DNA of 64,000 nucleotides from Azolla caroliniana (GCA_043228905.1 JBHGNT010000010.1:22258001-22322000); one strand, 5' to 3'; counted from the stretch's first letter, positions 1 to 11,717 are shown. Program-made: numbers and translations. Notes: generated by a model not told the origin, from the letters alone.

Positions 1-3000
1 TGCAAGTAGTAAACAAACCTTGAGTTGGAAGTGTGTATCACTTCAATGACATAATAGAGAAGATTTCAAATATTTTGGGTTCATTGGGATCACATGCCAA
101 TTTTTGTGCTCTATACATCATGATCGATGGCATAATACATAAATCTTTTTTTAAAGAGTGTTCATCATGATCACATACCATATTTTACGTTCCATGCATT
201 GGATTCAATGACATTGTAGAGAACATTTCAAAAAAATTACGTTCATCATGATCACATGCCATATTTAACGTTGTTCTCATGACCCTATAATCAATCAATT
301 CACACACATTCATTACATATAGTATTGAGGATTTTCACATGCCCTTGTATACGTGAAGTAACAACATAGTTGTTTCATTTTTTAATCACTGGAACATCAA
401 TTTTCTATTTGTACTATCTTGCTATGGATCGATACCAAAGAAAGCTACTTTGTGATCAAATTCCATCTAAATGGCTAATATTAATGTACAAACTCATACA
501 CAAGATTCTTTTTTTCCTTCATGAGAAGGATGATGTGGATGCCCCCAAAAGAATTCTATGTAAATTTGTGAGTATTGAATTTGGACAACTTGATTTGAGC
601 GTGTGTCACAAACATATCCATGCTCTAAGAAGATTTGAGTAACACTTTGCACTATAAATAGATGAAATGTTTTCACTACTCCACGTAGATTGATTTTCTA
701 ATATTTTGCTTGCATGGGAAAACATATCAAAATTACATGGAGAAACTTTTGGCTTCACAGGGCAGTGCACAAAGGACACCAATGTTCTATGTTTGGTTTG
801 GTATTATTGACCCTTCTTATAGTATTATATTTGTCAATCTTGAATCCAACATAATAATAATAATAAAGATAAGGGTCCCTCCTCATTGAACTCATGATCT
901 TAACAATCTCTAAAAAAGAAGAGAGCATGAATAATGAAACCTTTTTCCTTCCTTCCATGGAATGGTGAATACTAAATTAGGAACCTTTACTTGGGACCTT
1001 AAACAGAAATTTATCATTCGAAGTTTAGATTCCATTAGTACATTCTTCGACAGCTTTTGGAAGAAACAAGACTACCATTCGATGTCATTTTACTAATATG
1101 TAAAAATTTTAAACATGTCCTTTTGTGAGGGGTTGCTGAAAAATTGTCAGCTTTGTTTATAACTGCTAAAAACAAGTAACCTAATCTTACCTTTGTTGCT
1201 ATGACAACGAAATACATCGCCATTGACTTTGAATTTCACAACATAATAAAAAAAAGGTGTGGGGTGACCAATCAAACTCTCACCTCTAGATACCCTTTGT
1301 TAGCTTATGATTTTGACATGTCATCAACATATAATTTTCTATTATCATGTTCCTACAATGTAGAAAACTTAGATCCATTTCGAATCTATAATATATAGTC
1401 TATGTAAGACACCTAATCTATGCATACATGTCTCTCTCTAGTCATGGACATGCACACACAAAAGTATAGCTAACTCGTGTATGTATACTTTCCATCTCTT
1501 GTCTTAGTGTTGTGCCCTAGTGGCTAGTATTAAGGCCAATTTATTTGTTTTCATGAATCTTTCTCATTTGTGAAAGTGAAAAAAGAAATACAAAACTCAT
1601 GCAAGTGGGACAAACGAGAATAATCTAGAGGAAGTAACAATGTCATCTTTCCAACATGTTTAGCTATGAACTCATAGATGTTGAAAGCTTCATGTAACAC
1701 ACACTTGGCATCATTCATTAGTTTCTACTTACTTGCATATATCTACGTTGTTTTCAAATTTGATAAAATTCTTTAATCCATGCTTACCTAGTAATTTCCT
1801 AGAATATACACAATCTTCCAACGGAGAAGTGCTTAAGTTGTTTTCTAGAACATACACCTTTGTAATGGCCAAACTGTGAAAAGGTAAGCTATTCATCCTC
1901 AAAAACAAATTTCATCATAATGTGTGTAATGCGCGATGTATATAGTGGTTTTAAATTAAATCGGTCACTCCATGACAACATATTAAGACAATTACTTATT
2001 TACCTCCATATATTCGACTTGTAATAACGTAAAAGAGAGACATGCAAGACACATATTCCACATAAGTATGACAAATGAGTAACATGATGAACATTAGTGA
2101 GTGCAAGTTTTTTTAAAGGAGAGTCTTGCTTGGCAAACACATAATCAATAGAAGTATGTCGGCTCAACTCTAAGAGTAAGAAGTGCCAAGTACAAAGTTC
2201 CTTTATGTGTCTTATTACATTCTATTTTTATTTGTTTGTGGTCTTGTTCATGTTCATATGTTATTATATTATTAAAGGTATTTAAATGATATTAATTCTC
2301 CTTGTGCATTATAAGTTGACTAAGTTATGAACCTCACTACATTATGAAGTATCATTGTGCAACATCTTGGTGAGGATGAATGAGTGTTCACAAGATTAGG
2401 GTAAGTGATGTTGGTAACTCAAGAGTGCCATGAATAAGGTATATGGTGGACCAGGTTTGGTTCAAACCTCTATTCCATTATCAGTGTTGGAGACATCTCT
2501 AATGTTGGTACAAAGACATGTGTTTGGTGCAAAAACCTTGAGTAGACACATCGTTTTGGCGTTGTTGCCAAGGACTCCAAGGTTGATGCTTGAAGCAGTT
2601 CACAATTTTTTTTAAAGCTCCCTAGGCAATCTTCTCCTACACTAGGCATAGATTAAGACATCAAGAGGGAGGACACAATGAGTGTCATTAAGATCTCAGA
2701 TGGAGGTTAAACCAAGGAGATTAGGACTTTTGAAAGGAAGGATTAATTTTTGTTTTCACATCTCCGGAAGCCAATGCATGACAACATCTTGCGAAGACTT
2801 CTCTCGAAGTTATGCACAACAACCACCATCAATGAGCAATGGAAACTTGAAGGTTTTCCCCATAGCCAATGTACAACAACATCTAGCGAAGGCTTCCCTC
2901 AAAACCACTACTCTAGAATAAGATGTGGAAATCTATAGCTCCCAATAAGAACACACAATAAGAGCCCCTAAAAGGAGCCATGATAAAGACACATGACAAG

Positions 3001-3199
3001 AGCTCTGGTTCCAATTAGAGAGAAGAATCCGATAAATAACTTTGGATACAATTATTACATGGCACAATATTATGCATAAATCATAAATGTAGTAAAATTG
3101 CCACATTCAAAAACTTTTTGAAGTAATGCATGACCCAAGTTTGGACTCTATACAACAACAGAACATGGTGTTTCATTTTGATTTCGCCACAAAAGAAAA

Positions 3200-3535
3200 C
3201 TATTAGATGCGGATCATGTACAACTTAAAGTACTACGTCGATGAAATTGTAAACATGCCTAATGCGTGTTTAATAATGAAGGGATATGCTAAGAAACACA
3301 ATATTGATTATGAAGAAATATTTGATGATTGATCCCATAACAAAGATGACCATTGTTCAAATTGTATTGGCATTGGCTACAGAATGCAATGAACCATCCA
3401 CAAAAATTGATTTAAAATATTTTTCTCTCCAAGGAGAACTACAAAGAGGAAATATACATGAAAACAATCCCTTGTGTTCAAGTTCAAATAGAATATGTGT
3501 CATATGTTCACTTAGGAAACCATTGTATACCTAAA
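3200..3535 (+). pseudogene. Degenerate Ty1/copia reverse-transcriptase fragment (old element)
   Basis: Broken frames read YNLKYYVDEIVNMPNACLIMKGYA..IDYEEIF..PITKMTIVQIVLALA..IDLKYFSLQGELQ. This resembles copia RT (YKARLVAKGYAQ..GIDYEETFAPVAKMTTVR..DVKNAFLQGEL) with frameshifts. Confidence 0.7.
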
Positions 3536-4017
3536 ATAGGTATTGATAAAAGACCAATGAACTTTGGTACTTGATAAGATAAGGGGTGGAATGACAATGT
3601 TTTCTACAATCAAGACATCTTTTAAAATCTGTACTATAGATGGAGTTGGGATCTTCTACACATAAGTGGATAGATTTCTTTACTCCGTTGGATGTTTTGA
3701 TTGGAGTAAGGGCATATCGTGGGAAGAAGGTTTTATGAATTTTGATGTACTATGATGATGGAAGGTAGTTAAGTATCTGGCACTTGACACACCGGTTGTG
3801 GAGATTGTGGTGTCAAGAAAAGACATTGAGCTCAACCAACCTTAAGAAAAAGCTAGGTAAAACAAACCAAAGAGGAAACAATGTATGCCAATGGTCAACC
3901 TAGTGTGAAAGGGAGACACTTGCCTTGTAAAAAAACCACAGTTGTGTGACTTTTGGGCCTCTTTTTCATTCTTGGAATTTCTCTTTTCTATTCATGCACT
4001 TAGAGCTCCTCTATTAT

Positions 4018-4630
4018 TGTGAGGAATAGGCGCTTCTATTCACCTTCACCACTCGGCCACAACCGAGTAAGCGCGAATCGATGGAGCAGAAAATAGGAAC
4101 CACAAAGAGAAACAAAACGCGAGTACACAGGGATTAACGTGGAAAACCCTATACGGGAAAAACCACGGGAGTACAAGACTCCAAACCAACACTATACAGA
4201 GAAGTATACAATGGCGAGCTGCAAGGCGACGACCTTGAGCTCGCTGTCCTCGCCACAGGCGGCGGAAATACACAGAGGCGTCTACCTCTTCCTCTCTCGC
4301 GCTCTATCTCTCTCTCTCTCTCTCACGGCTGCTTACACTTCACTCCTCTTGAGTGGAAAAACAGAAAAAATGAGAAGCAACAGTAAAACTGTTTGCCCTA
4401 AGTCATATTTATACTTATATGACTTTGGGCTATTTACAACTGTAGCCTCAGGGGCCCATAGCGAACATATTCACGGATATGTCCCTGCATCCGGATCGCT
4501 CTCCGGGTACATTCGTCATCCGGTACCGAAACCGGGGTCTTCGTCATCCGGATCCGAAACCGAAACCGGGCTTGTCGGCATTCATCTCCGATATCCGACC
4601 ATCCCATCCGAAGGGACCGTAATCCCAACA
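4018..4630 (-). repeat. 3' LTR of copia element
   Basis: TGTGAGG...CCCAACA; direct repeat of 8745-9357 (offset 4727; ORF-track translations inside both copies are identical). Confidence 0.97.
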
Positions 4631-4640
4631 AACTCCCCCT
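4631..4640 (-). other. Polypurine tract (PPT)
   Basis: Minus strand AGGGGGAGTT lies between the polyprotein stop codon and the 3' LTR. Confidence 0.9.
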
Positions 4641-7600
4641 TCACTTCGGCATGGGATGTCTCTCCAATCCGATCCTCTTCCGGCATGCTTCCAGCTTGTC
4701 GGGTGTGAGCACCTTGGTCAGCATATCCGACCCGTTCTCGTCCGTGTGGATCTTTGTCAGCACGAACTCCTTGTCTTCTATCCTTTCCCGGATCCAGTGA
4801 TATCTTCGCTGGATGTGCTTCGTCCGGGAGTGATAGGCCGCGTTCTTCGCAAGGTGGATTGCACTCTGACTGTCGCAGTAGAGTCGGTACTCCTCCTGTT
4901 GGATACCGAGCTCTCTAATGAAGTCCTTCATCCATATTATTTCCTTGCCGGCTTCAACAGCCGCCATGTACTCCGCCTCCGTGGTTGACAACGCAACCGT
5001 CTTCTGCAGCCTCGACTGCCATGAAACAGCTCCCCCTGCATACATCATCACATACCCTGATGTGGACCGGCTGGTATCTGCATCAGCCGACATATCCGAA
5101 TCGGTAAAGCCGTCGAGTTCGGGCTTTCCGGAGCCGAATCGGAGGCACACGTTTGCCGTGCCCTTCAGGTATCGGAGTATCCACTTGGCCGCGTTCCAAT
5201 GCTCTTTGCCGGGATTGCTCATGTACCGGCTCACCACTCCGACTGCATATCCGATGTCCGGTCTCGTACACACCATGGCGTACATCAAGCTCCCGACGGC
5301 TGAGGCATACGGTACTTTCATCATATCCTCCTTTTCAGCCTTTGTCTTGGGACTTTGCTTGCTGGACAGCTTGCAGTTTGTCGGGAGGGTCGATCCGACC
5401 GGTCTTGCTTCCGACATGTTGAACCGGTGAAGCACCTTCGTCACGTACTTCTCCTGTGACAGCCACAACTGCTTCTTCTTCCGGTCCCGGATGATGTGCA
5501 TCCCTAGTATTTGCCTCGCCGGACCCAGGTCCTTCATTGAGAAGGTTCGGTGAAGAGCCTTCTTCAGCATCCGTATCTTGACCTGATCCCGTCCGACGAT
5601 CAACATGTCGTCCACGTACAGGAGGAGTATTAGAGAGTCTCCTCCTTCAAACTTCTTCACAAACACGCAGTGGTCGGACTGCGTTTTGAGGTACCCTTCG
5701 TCGGTCATGAAGGAGTCGAACTTCCGGTACCATTGCCGGGGAGCCTGCTTCAGTCCGTAAAGGCTCTTCTTCAACCGGCATACCAGGTGCTCCTTCCCTT
5801 TCTTCTCGAATCCTTCCGGTTGCTGCATGTAGATCTCTTCATCGAGGTCACCATGAAGGAATGCCGTCTTCACGTCCATCTGTTCTACCTCGAGGTCCAT
5901 GCTTGCCGCTATGCTCAGCACCGTCCGGATGGAGGTCATCTTCACTACCGGGGCAAATATCTCGTCGAAGTCGACGCCCTTCTTCTGCTGAAACCCCTTC
6001 ACCACGATCCTGGCTTTGTATCTCGGGGGGTTTCCGGCATCTCCCGGTTTCAGCTTGAACACCCACTTGTTTCGAAGTGCCCGCTTTCCTTTCGGCAACT
6101 CCACAAGTTCATATGTGTGGTTCTCATGCAGGGAATCCATCTCGTCCTGCATGGCACTCAACCACCTGCGGCTCTGGGTGTCGTGCTTTGCTTCTTCAAA
6201 GCTCTCCGGCTCCCCCTCGTCGGTTAGCAACACGTGCTCTGGTTCCGGAAATCTCCGGGGGGGCCTTCTCTCTCTTAGAGGATATCTCCGTTCCGGAGCT
6301 TCGGTAACCGGTTCCTCCGATTCTTCTTCATCCGAATCCATTTCGGGATCAGAGCCGGTTCCGGTATCATTTTCATCTTCTTCGGCCGGTTCTGTTTCTT
6401 CACCGTCTTCGGCCGGATCCTCGAGTGCTAACCGGTCCCTTGCCGGTCGGGACTGCTCCTCATAGAGTTGATCCTCACCGGTCGACTTGGAGCTCTTCAT
6501 CTTCTTCTCCGACTCCCAGTCGGCGAGTGTCTTGTCCTCCATGAAGATGATGTCTCGAATCCTGAATATCTTCTTGTCGACCGGGTCCCATACTCGGTAG
6601 CCGAACTCGTCGTCGCCGTAACCGAGGAATATGCATGGCCGGGTCTTCGGATCTAGCTTTCCTCTCCGGTCCTTTGCCACATGCACGTATGCGAGACACC
6701 CGAACACCTTCAGATGCCGGTAGGATATTTCCCTACCGGTCCACACTCTCTGCGGCGTGTCTCCGTCCAAAGGTACTGAGGGTGATCGGTTTATCACATA
6801 TGTCGCCGTCGACATTGCCTCAGCCCAAAACCCCTTGGGTAATTTCGCATGCGCCAGCATACTCCGGACCCTCTCCATTATGGTCCGGTTCATCCTCTCG
6901 GCCAGCCCGTTCAGTTCCGGCGTCTTCGGCACAGTAAACTCGAGCCGGATTCCCTTCGAGCGACAGTACTCCGCGAACTGCCCCCGGTATTCCCCTCCGT
7001 TATCCGCTCGTATCGCTTTCAGCTTCTTGCCGGATTCCCTTTCCACTCTCGCGTGGAGTTCTTTGAAGACGCACAACACTTGGTCCTTTGTCTTCAACGG
7101 TGCCGTCCACAGTCTTCGGCTGTGATCATCTATGAATGTTACAAAGTACTGGGCTCCGCCATGTGACTTCGTTTCTACCTGACACACGTCGGTGTGCACC
7201 AACTCCAATGGTGCGCTACGTCTCGTCGGTGGCCTTGAGTGGAAGGAGGTTCGGTTCTGCTTACCGGCCAGGCAATCGGTGCACTTCTCCAGGTGCACAT
7301 GCTTCACTGGAATAAGGTTGTCTTCTGCAAGCCTCTTCATCCCCTTCTCACTCATGTGGCACAGTCTTTTGTGCCACAGCTCACCGGCAGTGTCGGCTGC
7401 CACATTCAGCTCTTCCGGACATAACCAGGCATTCATCAGGTACAGTGTGTTGACCTTCCGGGCCCGAGCCACTATCAAGCTCCCCTTGCTGAACTTCATG
7501 ACACCGTTCCGGATGCTACCCGTGTAGCCTTCATCATCTAGCCTCCCGGCCGAAATCAGGTTCAGTCGGACCTCCGGAACGTGTCGGACATTCTTCAGCA

Positions 7601-8714
7601 ACATTTTGCATCCGGTCGGGGTTGTCAACCACACGTCTCCTATGCCGGCAATCCGGCACGTACCTTCGTTTCCCATCCGAACACAACCATGCTCGCCGGC
7701 TGTGTAGGATGAGAAGTATCTTCTCTCCGGGGTCAGGTGGAACGATGCTCCGGAATCGACCACCCAGGTCGTCTCATCGCCGGCAATGTTTAGTTCACCT
7801 TCTTCGGTGATGAGCATGATCTCCTCTTCACTTGCCGCGAGTGCCGTCGTTCCTTTCCGGTCCTGCCCTCGCCGATCCGAACCTCTCCGGTCCGTGGCTC
7901 CCCGGTATGCACCGTTTCTCTCCGGTGACTTCTTCGAATCGGTGTCGTCGGCTCCAATGTCTTTTCGGTAATGCCGACAATTCTTTCGGAAGTGCCCCGG
8001 CTTCCCACAGTGGAAGCATGTGGGCCTTCCTCTTGACTGCGACCGGGTCCCCGACTTCTCCCGTCTTTGCGGACTCCGGTTCCATTGTCTTCCCCGATCC
8101 GATTCGGTAAACAACATCTTCGGGTCGGAGGCCGGTTCCTTATCTCTCCGACGCGCTTCTTCGTTCAAAATACTTGTCTTTACCGTTTGTAAGGACAAGT
8201 TATCTTCTGTGCAGGAGGTGCTGAGAGTCACCACCAAGTTCTCCCAGCTTTCCGGCAATGTACACATCAGGATGATGGCTTGCATTGCATCCTCCAACGG
8301 GAACTTGATCGCCGCAAGCTGATTCACGAATCCCATGAACGTGCTTACGTGTTCCACCATACTCTCGCCGTCCCGGTACTTGAGATTCACTATCTTCCTC
8401 ATCAGGGAGGTCCGATTCAACGCATTCTTCCTCTCGTAGAGGCCCGACAGCTTCTTCCACATCTCATATGCGTTGGTGTCGTTCGCCACATGTTGTAGAA
8501 CGCTCACGTCGACGTATTGCCGAATGGTTGCAACGGCTTTCCGGTTCAGAAGCCTCCATTCCGACTCAAGTACCCCCTTCGGTATTTCCGACCTGTCAAT
8601 CGGTTCGTACAGGTCCCGAACAATCAGAAGATCCTCCATCTTGATCTTCCAGTCGGCGTAATTCTGTGCATTCAGCACCATCATCCCCGGAGGCCCGCTG
8701 CCGCCGCCTTCCAT
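4641..8714 (-). CDS. Copia Gag-Pol polyprotein, 1357 aa (Gag, CCHC knuckle, protease, integrase, RT, RNase H)
   Basis: CFHCGKPGHFRKNC zinc knuckle; VVDSGAS protease; LWHKRLCH..CTDC and VHTD/DNGGE/AERMNRT integrase; YKARIVVKGF, QMDVKTAFLHG and YVDDML RT; TEAEY..SRTKHI..DMLTK RNase H. PR-INT-RT-RH order is copia-type. No stops. Confidence 0.98.
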   Translation of the reverse strand: MEGGGSGPPGMMVLNAQNYADWKIKMEDLLIVRDLYEPIDRSEIPKGVLESEWRLLNRKAVATIRQYVDVSVLQHVANDTNAYEMWKKLSGLYERKNALNRTSLMRKIVNLKYRDGESMVEHVSTFMGFVNQLAAIKFPLEDAMQAIILMCTLPESWENLVVTLSTSCTEDNLSLQTVKTSILNEEARRRDKEPASDPKMLFTESDRGRQWNRSPQRREKSGTRSQSRGRPTCFHCGKPGHFRKNCRHYRKDIGADDTDSKKSPERNGAYRGATDRRGSDRRGQDRKGTTALAASEEEIMLITEEGELNIAGDETTWVVDSGASFHLTPERRYFSSYTAGEHGCVRMGNEGTCRIAGIGDVWLTTPTGCKMLLKNVRHVPEVRLNLISAGRLDDEGYTGSIRNGVMKFSKGSLIVARARKVNTLYLMNAWLCPEELNVAADTAGELWHKRLCHMSEKGMKRLAEDNLIPVKHVHLEKCTDCLAGKQNRTSFHSRPPTRRSAPLELVHTDVCQVETKSHGGAQYFVTFIDDHSRRLWTAPLKTKDQVLCVFKELHARVERESGKKLKAIRADNGGEYRGQFAEYCRSKGIRLEFTVPKTPELNGLAERMNRTIMERVRSMLAHAKLPKGFWAEAMSTATYVINRSPSVPLDGDTPQRVWTGREISYRHLKVFGCLAYVHVAKDRRGKLDPKTRPCIFLGYGDDEFGYRVWDPVDKKIFRIRDIIFMEDKTLADWESEKKMKSSKSTGEDQLYEEQSRPARDRLALEDPAEDGEETEPAEEDENDTGTGSDPEMDSDEEESEEPVTEAPERRYPLRERRPPRRFPEPEHVLLTDEGEPESFEEAKHDTQSRRWLSAMQDEMDSLHENHTYELVELPKGKRALRNKWVFKLKPGDAGNPPRYKARIVVKGFQQKKGVDFDEIFAPVVKMTSIRTVLSIAASMDLEVEQMDVKTAFLHGDLDEEIYMQQPEGFEKKGKEHLVCRLKKSLYGLKQAPRQWYRKFDSFMTDEGYLKTQSDHCVFVKKFEGGDSLILLLYVDDMLIVGRDQVKIRMLKKALHRTFSMKDLGPARQILGMHIIRDRKKKQLWLSQEKYVTKVLHRFNMSEARPVGSTLPTNCKLSSKQSPKTKAEKEDMMKVPYASAVGSLMYAMVCTRPDIGYAVGVVSRYMSNPGKEHWNAAKWILRYLKGTANVCLRFGSGKPELDGFTDSDMSADADTSRSTSGYVMMYAGGAVSWQSRLQKTVALSTTEAEYMAAVEAGKEIIWMKDFIRELGIQQEEYRLYCDSQSAIHLAKNAAYHSRTKHIQRRYHWIRERIEDKEFVLTKIHTDENGSDMLTKVLTPDKLEACRKRIGLERHPMPK

Positions 8715-8729
8715 TTTCTGCAGCAGTTC

Positions 8730-8741
8730 GCTCTGATACCA
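8730..8741 (-). other. Primer-binding site for initiator Met tRNA
   Basis: Minus strand TGGTATCAGAGC, 3 nt inside the 5' LTR boundary. Confidence 0.95.
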
Positions 8742-8744
8742 GTT

Positions 8745-9357
8745 TGTGAGGAATAGGCGCTTCTATTCACCTTCACCACTCGGCCACAACCGAGTAAGCG
8801 CGAATCGATGGAGCAGAAAATAGGAACCACAAAGAGAAACAAAACGCGAGTACACAGGGATTAACGTGGAAAACCCTATACGGGAAAAACCACGGGAGTA
8901 CAAGACTCCAAACCAACACTATACAGAGAAGTATACAATGGCGAGCTGCAAGGCGACGACCTTGAGCTCGCTGTCCTCGCCACAGGCGGCGGAAATACAC
9001 AGAGGCGTCTACCTCTTCCTCTCTCGCGCTCTATCTCTCTCTCTCTCTCTCACGGCTGCTTACACTTCACTCCTCTTGAGTGGAAAAACAGAAAAAATGA
9101 GAAGCAACAGTAAAACTGTTTGCCCTAAGTCATATTTATACTTATATGACTTTGGGCTATTTACAACTGTAGCCTCAGGGGCCCATAGCGAACATATTCA
9201 CGGATATGTCCCTGCATCCGGATCGCTCTCCGGGTACATTCGTCATCCGGTACCGAAACCGGGGTCTTCGTCATCCGGATCCGAAACCGAAACCGGGCTT
9301 GTCGGCATTCATCTCCGATATCCGACCATCCCATCCGAAGGGACCGTAATCCCAACA
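8745..9357 (-). repeat. 5' LTR of copia element (contains promoter)
   Basis: Matches 4018-4630. Minus-strand TATAAATA at 9133-9140; U3 carries direct repeats containing TGACG. Confidence 0.97.
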
Positions 9358-9513
9358 ATTATCTCCTTAATCCTTCATTACAGTCAAGAGAGATTAGGGT
9401 TAAAAGCTAAGTAAGTCGAACCCTAATCGCCTCCTCTTGTATGGTGCTAACCCTGCTTGTATTAAGAAGTGATGTTAATAATAATATATTTTCTTTGTGT
9501 AAGAGAAGTAAAG

Positions 9514-9516
<3 letters not shown>

Positions 9517-9556
<40 letters not shown>
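9517..9556. repeat. (GA)n microsatellite
   Basis: About 20 GA units. Confidence 0.95.
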
Positions 9557-9559
<3 letters not shown>

Positions 9560-10439
9560 AGTACTAAGAGGTAAACGCTAAGTAAGCTAGTAGCTCAAAA
9601 GTGCTCGACAACCACTTTCGCTCAATTTGCCATCAAAAGGGTATACACAGTTTTGAACTTGAGGCTAACGACATCGACACAAGGCAAAACTCCATCGGTT
9701 TATAGAGACGTTTTTGTGAGGTACACGGAAGTGACACATAGGTTATATTACAGACACAGAAAATTATATGCTTTATCTTTGTTTACAAAAAGAAGTGAGG
9801 GTGGTGGCAAGGGAACCAATCCTATATATATGTAAGGAGGACGTTCTAGATGTTATTTCTCTAAGACATGGTCTCATGCAAAAAACAAATATAACCCTGA
9901 ATCTATAAATAGCGATTAGTAAAACTAAAAGACGACAATTGCTAAGTAGCATTTACGATTTGGTATGTTTGGAAACAAGGTACTTTTCATGGATTCGAAA
10001 ATGTGAAAAAATACATGTTTAGATAATTATGAGATTTGGACAAAGATTGCGCATAATCTAAGAGGTTCTTTGCATAACATAAAAAGTGACACTCAACATG
10101 TAGAATAACAACATTTGGAGTTTCATGCCATATGTGACAAATATATTTTATAGGCAGATATTTTACAAGGTCAAGTAGTTTTACTCTATATATGAGTATT
10201 TATTTATTTATTTTACAACAATGGTTTGCATGATGTCTAAAGCAATTTACATGATACTTCAACACAGATTTTACCTTTTTACTTGTATGTATGTATTTCA
10301 TGTACAAACTTAGGGTGTTTATTAATACTGATGTAGTATATTTTTCTTAAAATTAATGTATTGGCGAGATGGCATTCAAATATCATATATTAATTACACA
10401 ACATAGGAATCCAACTTTGACAATCTGCTCATAGGAGGG

Positions 10440-10860
10440 AAACACTTAACCACAATAAAGAAAGTGAAAGCTCTACTAGTTGGCAAATTCAAGGTGGTAG
10501 ATTTGGGTGCGCTTCATTATTCTCTAGGGATAAAAATTGTTCGTGTCATCCACGAAAGTTTGCTCTCTCAAAACTATTATGTTTTGAATCTACTAGTGTT
10601 CAAAATTGGAATAACAGAATGCAAGTATATTACAACTTCATTAAACCACACTTTGAGTTGAGGATGGAATTCAGAACCATCATCCATGGTGAACCCCAAT
10701 GAGTATATGCAAATCATTGCAGGTTTCCTAACATACTTAACCTACAACTTAGCCACAAGGTTAGTTACTTGGTTGGACTACTCAACCAATTCATGTAAGC
10801 ATTGCATTAAACACTTTTGGATTGTGTGTTGAAGAAATTTGCAATGTGCCAAAGGAACAT
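10440..10860 (+). pseudogene. Degenerate copia RT C-terminal fragment
   Basis: KFKVVDLGALHYSLGIKIVR..LLSQNYYVLNLL..GITECKYITTSL..YMQIIAGFLTYLT..YLVGLLNQFM resembles copia FEMKDLGELHYFLGIEV..LSQRHY..YRQIVGSLIYL..VGLLSQFM. Confidence 0.75.
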
Positions 10861-11476
10861 TGCTTGTGATATATGAAGCAAATGTTTCAACTTCTAGAAA
10901 TAGCAAAGAAGCAAGTAATGTTCAAGATAGATGTAAGATGTGAAAGAAGCGTTTGGAAGATACAACGACTCTTACTCTTGCTTTATGATACTACAATAGA
11001 TTTCTCTAGAATAAAGTTTTTCGAACACCAATCTATCAAATGTTGGGGAAGATGCAATGTTTCATGTTTTACACATCACATTACATATTTTGCATAGAAT
11101 TATGAAGCCATACTATTCTCCCATTGATACATGCTAGAGCTCATCTATGTTCGCCATCTCCACTTATTACTTTCATATGGCTTAACTCATATCCTCGTTG
11201 ATTGAGGTATGGCATTGGCACAAGGAGACTCATAAGCTATGCATATTTTTCCTTGAACAAATTCGGAAGTTTATGTGGCCCACTTTGATGAAATGTCATG
11301 CATTCAACTTCATTTGAATTTGCTTTCCACGTATTGTTAATCTAGTCTAATCGTAATATGGACCACATGGTCAAAGTGCCAATATAAACAACATATACAT
11401 GGTCTTCATCCAAATTTCCTTTCCTTTTCCAACAAATAAAATTGCCAAAACAACTGTGGTGTCCCTTTGGTGCAAG

Positions 11477-11717
11477 CATAGTATGAACCATACATACCAT
11501 ACGTGCATTTGCATTCGCGAATGTTTCAATCATCCGAGTAGGGTAAACACCCTCGAAGAATGGTAAATACCATACTTTTGGATTAACTATTTATTATGAG
11601 GTAAATAAACCTAAAAAAAGGAAAAATACACAAGAATGTTTGAATAACATTCGCATTTGTTTTCCAATGTATGAAAACGAATGCTATGCTAGACGAACAC
11701 GAATTTTACGTACTATG
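11477..11717. mobile_element. hAT-type MITE, copy 1
   Basis: Terminal inverted repeats CATAGTA...TACTATG; 8-bp TSD GGTGCAAG at 11469-11476 and 11718-11725; closely related copy at 35610-35870. Confidence 0.9.

Larger units (their letters stand above)
4018..9357 (-). mobile_element. Full-length Ty1/copia LTR retrotransposon (Tnt1/Tork-like), 5340 bp, recent insertion
   Basis: Two 613-bp TG...CA LTRs (4018-4630, 8745-9357) with no difference seen by eye. 5-bp TSD ATTAT at 4013-4017 and 9358-9362. tRNA-iMet PBS, PPT and one intact gag-pol ORF. Confidence 0.98.

Noticed and set aside
1-3000. Short ORFs and weak repeats (e.g. 40-260, 2769-2902; PBS-like gctctggttcca near 3002)
   Set aside because: Probably decayed TE sequence, but too degenerate to assign a family or boundaries.
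4139-4708. 189-aa plus-strand ORF (and 182-aa twin at 8866-9414) across the LTR
   Set aside because: It is antisense to the element, starts at GTG, runs through a CT microsatellite and has no recognisable domain. It is duplicated only because the LTR is.
4656-8756. Many overlapping 60-185-aa ORFs inside the copia element
   Set aside because: These are shadow ORFs expected in GC-rich coding DNA; the polyprotein explains the region.
3750-9635. Possible older solo LTR (TGATGG...CCATCA) interrupted by the young copia
   Set aside because: The terminal similarity is short and no matching TSD, PBS or PPT was found.
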